A stretch of 63,990 nt of DNA, filler included, from Aduncisulcus paluster (lineage: Eukaryota): NCBI GenBank assembly GCA_024181965.1. It is 5 parts of 5 records of this genome, joined end to end, with 100 filler letters (N's around TTAATTAATTAA, not from the genome) between each part and the next. Parts side by side here need not be neighbours in the genome. Positions count along the whole stretch, not along the records: positions 38,442 to 58,430 come from BQXS01012658.1; positions 58,531 to 61,991 come from BQXS01012664.1; positions 62,092 to 63,990 come from BQXS01012708.1; 2 more parts are not named here. One strand, given 5' to 3'. The notes beneath the pieces were generated by a model. It saw only the letters and a program-made list of their open reading frames with translations, was not told the DNA's origin and did no database searches. Of this stretch, positions 57,406 through 63,990 are shown piece after piece (position 1 is the stretch's first letter; the number at the start of each line of letters is the position of its first letter). A program made the position numbers and the translations under genes.

Positions 57406-58430
57406 TTATTTATTTGCATGATTTGGATTGATAAGTCCCATTCCCCCACCTTTCCATGGATTATCCTGGCCTGTGTAACCATGCTGAATATCTTGCATGA
57501 GGGGAAGAGTGTCGGGTTTTTCTAGGAAACAGAATAGTGGATGGTCATCGCTATGAATGGCAAGCGTAGATGGCGCCATCCGATGACCATGAGAAGAATA
57601 TGACTGAGGAATAATTCCTTCATACGGAATAGGAACATCACTTGTAGCGCTAAAACCAGCATTATCGTCACCCATCAGACTACTACTTCTATTTTTAGAT
57701 TCTGAGAATAAAGATGGACAATCTCTTTCACCAACATACCTCTCTTGAAGCTCTTGATCGGAGAGAAGAAGAAGAAGAAGAAGAAGACGATGAGGAAGAA
57801 GCAGAAAGTAATTGAGTTTCCTCTCTAAATAATCCAATAGCACTCTCAGGGTGGAGAATTGGAGTAGAAAATAATTGGCAAGGACGAGGAGAAGAAATCA
57901 TTCCTCGTGGTTGATGTTGGCTAATAATAGAATCCTGAGAAAGAAGAAGAGGGTCTTTAACCTTTGGAGAAAGGCTATTGGTGCCCATACTTTTACAAAC
58001 ATATTCTTTCTGATGGATATCATCAACTTTCTTTCGACTCATCGCCCAACACATGTTATCTGGTGACACGGACTCATAAAGACACCCTTGGGCTTGAATC
58101 TGTGAGATATTTGAGATATTAAAACCGATTGGAATTGTTGAGGATAAACTATCAAGAAGACATCCAGAAGAGGCCACACATTGGTACTCAACTAATGAAG
58201 GGAAAATATCCAAAAGCTTTCTATTCCTTTTGAGAGGGTTTCTTAACCTTAGATCCCCACTAAAGGGTGACACATGGCAGCGGATGATGCGTAAGGTTGT
58301 TATAGAGGGGAACAGACGACCAATAACATTGTAATGGAGAGATTGTGGAATGTTTCTGAATGTAAGTGAAGAGAGAGAGAAGTACGAGAGAATGTCAGAA
58401 GAGGATAAACAGGCAGAAAGGAACGGAAGT
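57406..58430 (-). CDS. 3' part of a hypothetical gene (5'-truncated by the spacer) with a probable frameshift at a (TCT)n tract
   Basis: Frame is open from 58429 to 57728. A second frame becomes protein-like right after the microsatellite near 57760 and runs to 57406. Confidence 0.4.
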
Positions 58431-58530
58431 NNNNNNNNNNNNNNNNNNNNNNNNNNNNNNNNNNNNNNNNNNNNTTAATTAATTAANNNNNNNNNNNNNN
58501 NNNNNNNNNNNNNNNNNNNNNNNNNNNNNN
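58431..58530. other. Assembly spacer N44-TTAATTAATTAA-N44
   Basis: Same artificial linker. Confidence 0.97.
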
Positions 58531-58944
58531 CTACAGAGAGGACATTTTGGAAAGCACTGCCCAAATCCTGAAGCTTCAGAAGCAGAGAAAGAAAGAGTTT
58601 TAGGACCAAAAAGGCGCAGTAAAAGAAAAACCCCTTATCCGATTACTACTTACAGTGTCAGTGAAAAACGCAGTGCAGATTCAGTGGGAAAAAGACGTAA
58701 ATTAACTCCAGAAGAAGAAGAAGAACGTGCTTGGGGAGAACCAGACGTTTTATTTATTGAAAAACGAGAAATCAAACCAAGACAGCCCAGTAATGGATTA
58801 TCAGAATCTGAAAGACAGAAACGACTGAAAAACTGGATTGGTGACAGTGAAAAAGAAGAAAAAGACATTTATTATCAGTTAGAACAGAAACAGTTAGCTG
58901 AAAACCGTGCAAGAAAAGAAGAATTACGCAAAACAAAGCCGTAA
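58531..58944 (+). CDS. Partial ORF beginning with half a CCHC zinc knuckle (gag-like?)
   Basis: Open from the spacer: LQRGHFGKHCP has the x4-H-x4-C spacing, followed by a basic/charged tail. Confidence 0.4.
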   Translation, partial: LQRGHFGKHCPNPEASEAEKERVLGPKRRSKRKTPYPITTYSVSEKRSADSVGKRRKLTPEEEEERAWGEPDVLFIEKREIKPRQPSNGLSESERQKRLKNWIGDSEKEEKDIYYQLEQKQLAENRARKEELRKTKP

Positions 58945-58974
58945 AATTTGACATTTTGCTAACATAAGGTAGAA

Positions 58975-59490
58975 ATGGATAAGAAAAGAATGGAGGATCT
59001 ACTCCACCAGCTCCACCAGCTCCAAGATTTTAAAAAGGAGTCCCTAAAAATGCAAAAAGAACTCACCTCCCTCAGAAAAGAAGTTGCCGATTTAAAAGAC
59101 ACCACATTGGAATTACACGAAGATGTCATGAACTTAAAGGGGTCAATACGAGTTTTTGTCCGTTTGAGACCTCTTCTCACAGGAAGTCCAAGAGTTATAC
59201 CGCATCCTGATAGTACTTGCAAAGATGTTTATTCCCATTTTGCCTTCCCCGATAGTACCAAACGCCGTGAGTGTATTCAAGTCCATCATGCCCCGTAAAA
59301 TTTGACATTTTGCTAACATAAGGTAGAAATGGATAAGAAAAGAATGGAGGATCTACTCCACCAGCTCCACCAGCTCCAAGATTTTAAAAAGGAGTCCCTA
59401 AAAATGCAAAAAGAACTCACCTCCCTCAGAAAAGAAGTTGCCGATTTAAAAGACACCACATTGGAATTACACGAAGATGTCATGAACTAG
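58975..59490 (+). pseudogene. Kinesin-14 (C-terminal motor) neck/motor-start fragment, partly duplicated in tandem
   Basis: Coiled coil plus LHEDVMNLKGSIRVFVRLRPLL, stopping at 59298; 58939-59134 is repeated at 59293-59488. Confidence 0.7.
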
Positions 59491-61189
59491 GACCAAAAAT
59501 CATAGTAAGATGATGAGGGAGATTGTATCCTTATCGATCTCTAGAATACGTGCCACTCCCTACATATACTAGTATAGTTTTGTAAACTTAGTATACTCTC
59601 GAAACAGGACGCAGACGCCGGCATTTTTAAGGAGTCCCTGCCGTCATCGTACCAAATCAGGAAAGAGATGGCTGATCTCGAAAAGTTTGGGAAAGCAATT
59701 CATAAGGGAGAAGAAATATATTATATATTCCCTTTGGTTCTTGTCTTCTTAATATCCTTGAAAACATGGGTGATATTTTCGACAAGACATCCCACCTCTC
59801 TCCTTACATCCCATTGTTCCAATTCCTTCTTCTGAACCAACTACATACCCTGCATATTGTAGTTCTCTTGATACATTTCGGAGAGATATAGGGCTCCAAG
59901 AGTTCCATCCTAGGCTGCTTAAGAATATGGCTACACTGGCTCAATATGTGAAGGCATGCAGAATAGCATGGAAACTCTACGACTTGGCAGGTATCTCGTT
60001 TCATTTTTGGGTGAGATAATTAGCGATAGAGAATTCAGGGTTGAAAGCTGACAGCGAAAAGGCTAAAATAACCTTTGTCAAAGTAAAACAACTACAATAG
60101 CATTTTAGAAGCGAACCATCGTGATCACCTTGTCTTTTACACTCCCTGAAGGATATTCCGGCCCATAGTCTCCGTGAGAGCTATTTTCAGTGCCGAGGAA
60201 AGCAATACTGTGTAGTTCAAACAACCCTCAATAATCTTTTTTTTACCGAGATACGACGCTCCACTCTCCTCCTCATTCCGGTCATTCGATTGACCTCTCA
60301 GCCGTCCTTGGCTATTATTGAAGAAGCCCGACGTGCCCTTGACCTCCGTGACCACCTTGTCTCTCCCACCCCCCCTCTCTACACCTTCATCATCTTCGAT
60401 GTCATCTGTTCCAATACCTGATCCCCCTGTCTCTATGCTCTCCCCAAGACATATTCCCGATGAGTTTATCTTGAAAGCCCTCTTCTCTCTTTGTCAAAAC
60501 ATTGTCCCGTCACCCCCACCACAACCATCGTTCTTCAGACGTGCANNNNNNNNNNNNNNNNNNNNTCAATAATCTTTTTTTTACCGAGATACGACGCTCC
60601 ACTCTCCTCCTCATTCCGGTCATTCGATTGACCTCTCAGCCGTCCTTGGCTATTATTGAAGAAGCCCGACGTGCCCTTGACCTCCGTGACCACCTTGTCT
60701 CTCCCACCCCCCCTCCCTACACCTTCATCATCTTCGATGTCATCTGTTCCAATACCTGATCCCCCTGTCTCTATGCTCTCCCCAAGACATATTCCCGATG
60801 AGTTTATCTTGAAAGCCCTCTTCTCTCTTTGTCAAAACATTGTCCCGTCACCCCCACCACAACCATCGTTCTTCAGACGTGCAGCCAATCTCTCTCCAGT
60901 TGGCCAATTCATGGCAAAAAGTTGCCGAAAAGGTGTTGTTACAGTGTCCTTTCTTGCTGAAGCAGCCCGGCTGGCATCTCAACACAATATTAACACACCG
61001 CATCTGCACCATATTCCAACAAGGGCAGATCTAACGGCATGGGAGAATGGAAAAACACAGCCTCGAGAAACATCATTATCAATTCGAGATGACGAAAAGT
61101 CTTATGACATCTCAGTGATGCCTATCACCAAGAATATTTCATTCGAGTATTCCTCAAAGAACTCCCTCTTGGAGAAGATAAACATCATT

Positions 61190-61991
61190 TAAGAATAATA
61201 AGACTTGGACTGTGTGCATATGGAATAGAACTTTGTAAAAAAATTAGAGAAAAGCGGAAAAGGAAGGAGCTAAGGAGGTATTTTTTACGGGTTGCTGGGT
61301 CTAACGTTCCATTGGAGGAAATTAGAGGGAAGATAGTTGTGTTAGGAGGGAAAGAGATAAAGTTTCTTGGAGTACAAGCTTTCATAGATGGTGTTTCCAA
61401 CCATAAAAAGGTTCATCATCTTGTCTGTTCGTATTCTTTTGTAAACTTTGCCCGCAAAATGAGACGAGATCTCACCTTGCAGAGGAAGAAGAATCAGAGA
61501 AATCTATATCTGATGACCCCTCGGAGGAAGTCTTGGATAGTGTTGCAACACTACGTTTGGGTGGTACGGCATTATCATTGAAATGCACGTTGGCAAACAT
61601 AAGCTTTGAATATAGGGGTCGAAACTCGTGTTGGCGGGAGATGGCATTACTTCCCGAGGTAAAGGGAGCCACAAATAGAATGGTGAGGCTTATTGAGAGT
61701 CAGCTTGCCCTTTTACGAAAAGGAATTCTCATTCCAACCAACGCTGGAGATGCTATCATCGTGGGAAACATTCAAGTGATACTTGGAGACCACCCAGAAA
61801 GATGCCGCTTGATTGATGTGTCTAAAACTTGCTGCCCATGGTGTCATATTCGTGGTATTCCACTGCTTTTTGCAGGAATGGGCAGACTCAGACATCTAAA
61901 CACCAGAGGGATCTTCGCGAGAGAGAGTAGCAAACATTTCAAGCCACTCCACGTTATTGCAGCAGATCCGCTTCATTGTTTTTTCTTGGGG
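61190..61991 (+). mobile_element. Frameshifted CACTA/EnSpm (CMC)-Plavaka-like DDE transposase fragment
   Basis: LGVQAFIDG..SYSFVNFARKMR, then in another frame VILGDHPERCRL..CCPWC and IAADPLHCFFLG (DxxH). Truncated by the spacer. Confidence 0.6.
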
Positions 61992-62091
61992 NNNNNNNNN
62001 NNNNNNNNNNNNNNNNNNNNNNNNNNNNNNNNNNNTTAATTAATTAANNNNNNNNNNNNNNNNNNNNNNNNNNNNNNNNNNNNNNNNNNNN
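61992..62091. other. Assembly spacer N44-TTAATTAATTAA-N44
   Basis: Same artificial linker. Confidence 0.97.
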
Positions 62092-62111
62092 AACAAAACC
62101 AAAACAAACAA

Positions 62112-63518
62112 TAAACAAATAATAAACTGAATTAGTTTTTATCAATCGAGCAAGCAGAGAAGAATGTGAGAACGACTTTGAAAACCCCAAACTGAAGAAA
62201 ACCAGAAGCTAGTAGCTTCTCTGCCAATAAGTCGATGATATATTCACAATATTCATAGATTTCAACTGCAACTTATCAGCATATTTTGTCACTTTATAAT
62301 CCAATATGTAAACAAAGCTCATAACCTCAGGGAAGCGTGTGGAAAGAGCATGAGCAGAGGATCTATAGAGACTATAGAAGTGCTAGTATCACCTAGAAAA
62401 ACAAAGATATTCCAACTATCTACAACAAACAACGATAACCTACAAGATACACACGAACGAGGAGTAAAAAAAAAAAAAAAAAAAGGAAATATGTGACGGA
62501 AATGGGAAACGGTGATTGTGGATAGTTTCTGAAGTGTCATAGCCACTGACAGCGAAATTGCACTGCAATGGAGCTCATAGGATTGACGATTCAAAGCATT
62601 GCCATAAACAAGGTAGTTGTTTTCTTCACAGTTACTCTTGACGGGGGCTTCTTCAATGAAGAATCTTCATCAGGAGTGATTAAGCGATCATCAGGAGTGA
62701 TTAAGCGATCATCAGGAGTGATTAAGCGATCATCATGGATTGGAATNNNNNNNNNNNNNNNNNNNNTAAACAAATAATAAACTGAATTAGTTTTTATCAA
62801 TCGAGCAAGCAGAGAAGAATGTGAGAACGACTTTGAAAACCCCAAACTGAAGAAAACCAGAAGCTAGTAGCTTCTCTGCCAATAAGTCGATGATATATTC
62901 ACAATATTCATAGATTTCAACTGCAACTTATCAGCATATTTTGTCACTTTATAATCCAATATGTAAACAAAACTCGGGACTGATGAAACGATTTTATGTC
63001 TAGGAGTGGATCTCTTAGCGTAGTTTAGAAAGATAGTGTGACACTGAAGATAGTGTGACATTGAAGATAGTGTGACACTCAAAGGTGTAGGTGACGTAAG
63101 AAGAGAGCTCATAGGATCATAATCTCAGGGAAGCGTGTGGAAAGAGCATGAGCAGAGGATATATAGAGACTATAGAAGTGCTAGTATCACCTAGAAAAAC
63201 AAAGATATTCCAACTATCTACAACAAACAACGATAACCTACAAGATACACACGAACGAGGAGTAAAAAAAAAAAAAAAGGAAATATGTGACGGAAATGGG
63301 AAACGGTGATTGTGGATAGTTTCTGAAGTGTCATAGCCACTGACAGCGAAATTGCACTGCAATGGAGCTCATAGGATTGACGATTCAAAGCATTGCCATA
63401 AACAAGGTAGTTGTTTTCTTCACAGTTACTCTTGACGGGGGCTTCTTCAATGAAGAATCTTCATCAGGAGTGATTAAGCGATCATCAGGAGTGATTAAGC
63501 GATCATCATGGATTGGAA
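62112..63518. repeat. Two variant copies of a 0.65-0.75-kb segment with internal 21-bp and 17-bp minisatellites
   Basis: 62112-62746 versus 62767-63518. TCATCAGGAGTGATTAAGCGA occurs 3 times versus 2 times. The second copy carries an insertion of about 140 nt with GAAGATAGTGTGACAYT x3. Confidence 0.8.
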
Positions 63519-63544
63519 TGCTATAAGACAGGGCGTTGAAGTCA

Positions 63545-63990
63545 GGAGAACCATAAAGGGAGAAGAACTTGTCAAAATCGATCCAAGACACCGAGTCCAT
63601 TTCCCACCCAACAAACAGATCTCTGCGCACCATAAGCACGATAAGCACAGCCTTGCACTCGTGGTGGACACTGACAGCCCCTGTAATCACCTTCAAGGGC
63701 AGCCTCAAGCCACCTTGCATACTCAACACACTGGTCTGGCTGGAGGGAACGTTGGCAAGAGAGAAGAAAGAAAGAAAGCATGGCGATGTCTTGTTCCACC
63801 GACAAACGAGAAGGCTTTCAGCTCAATAAAGCATGGACGGCCCAAACGAATGAGATTGACATACCCAGGAATGTCTTCACGACGGCAATTCAACTTCTTA
63901 ATGACAGTGATTCGGATGGCTGTCCTCTCTTGATGGGTGGATAAAATGGACAGAACTCTCGTTCAATCGGCGCCAGGCGTCAGTTTTGCC
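63545..63990 (-). pseudogene. TYW1: TYW1 (wybutosine radical-SAM enzyme) C-terminal remnant with multiple frameshifts
   Basis: Successive frames give DAWRRLNES / RTAIRITVIKKLN..GYVNLIRLGRPCFIELKAFSFVG / NVP / CVEYARWL / HHECKAVLI..SWIDFDKF, collinear with the TYW1 C-terminus. Confidence 0.75.

Noticed and set aside
58941..58974. Short intron (GTAAAA..CTAAC..AG) or TAA=Gln recoding joining the knuckle ORF to kinesin
   Set aside because: Neither available AG restores the frame, and conserved genes in the window (RPS27, EBP2, UBA2) end in TAA/TAG, so the code is standard.
62666..62735. CRISPR-like array from 21-bp repeats (also 17-bp repeats at 63029-63079)
   Set aside because: Head-to-tail units with no spacers, no cas genes and a eukaryotic context; these are minisatellites.

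Overview
AT-rich, gene-dense, intron-poor eukaryotic (protist) draft assembly using the standard genetic code. Gene content suggests a free-living anaerobic fornicate/metamonad such as Aduncisulcus paluster; this is an inference and was not searched. Four 100-nt spacers (N44-TTAATTAATTAA-N44) and nine 20-N gaps flanked by duplicated overlaps fragment or inflate several ORFs. Genes after correcting for these: a bacterial-type histidine-kinase-like protein (5'-partial), UBA2, eS27 (1 intron), EBP2 (1 in-frame intron), a Ser/Thr kinase with an N-terminal DOC/discoidin-like domain, a >4,400-aa Cys-repeat type-I membrane protein, a ThrRS-N/uridine-kinase fusion, a BRO1/BROX protein, a CLAMP/C1a-32-like flagellar protein, a BPI/LBP protein, a RING/Zn-finger membrane protein, V-ATPase subunit a, a Timeless/Tof1-like protein (1 intron), a MepA-like MATE transporter and an 8-repeat DOC-like CaaX protein. 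The last 5.5 kb is debris: a zinc-knuckle fragment, a duplicated kinesin-14 fragment, a broken CACTA/Plavaka-like transposase and a frameshifted TYW1 remnant. The most unusual non-coding signals are a chain of about ten overlapping palindromes (nearly all with 1-nt spacers) plus a long hairpin at 39572-39842, and a palindrome + 23-nt motif module found at two unrelated intergenic sites (about 9.3 kb and 29.2 kb).
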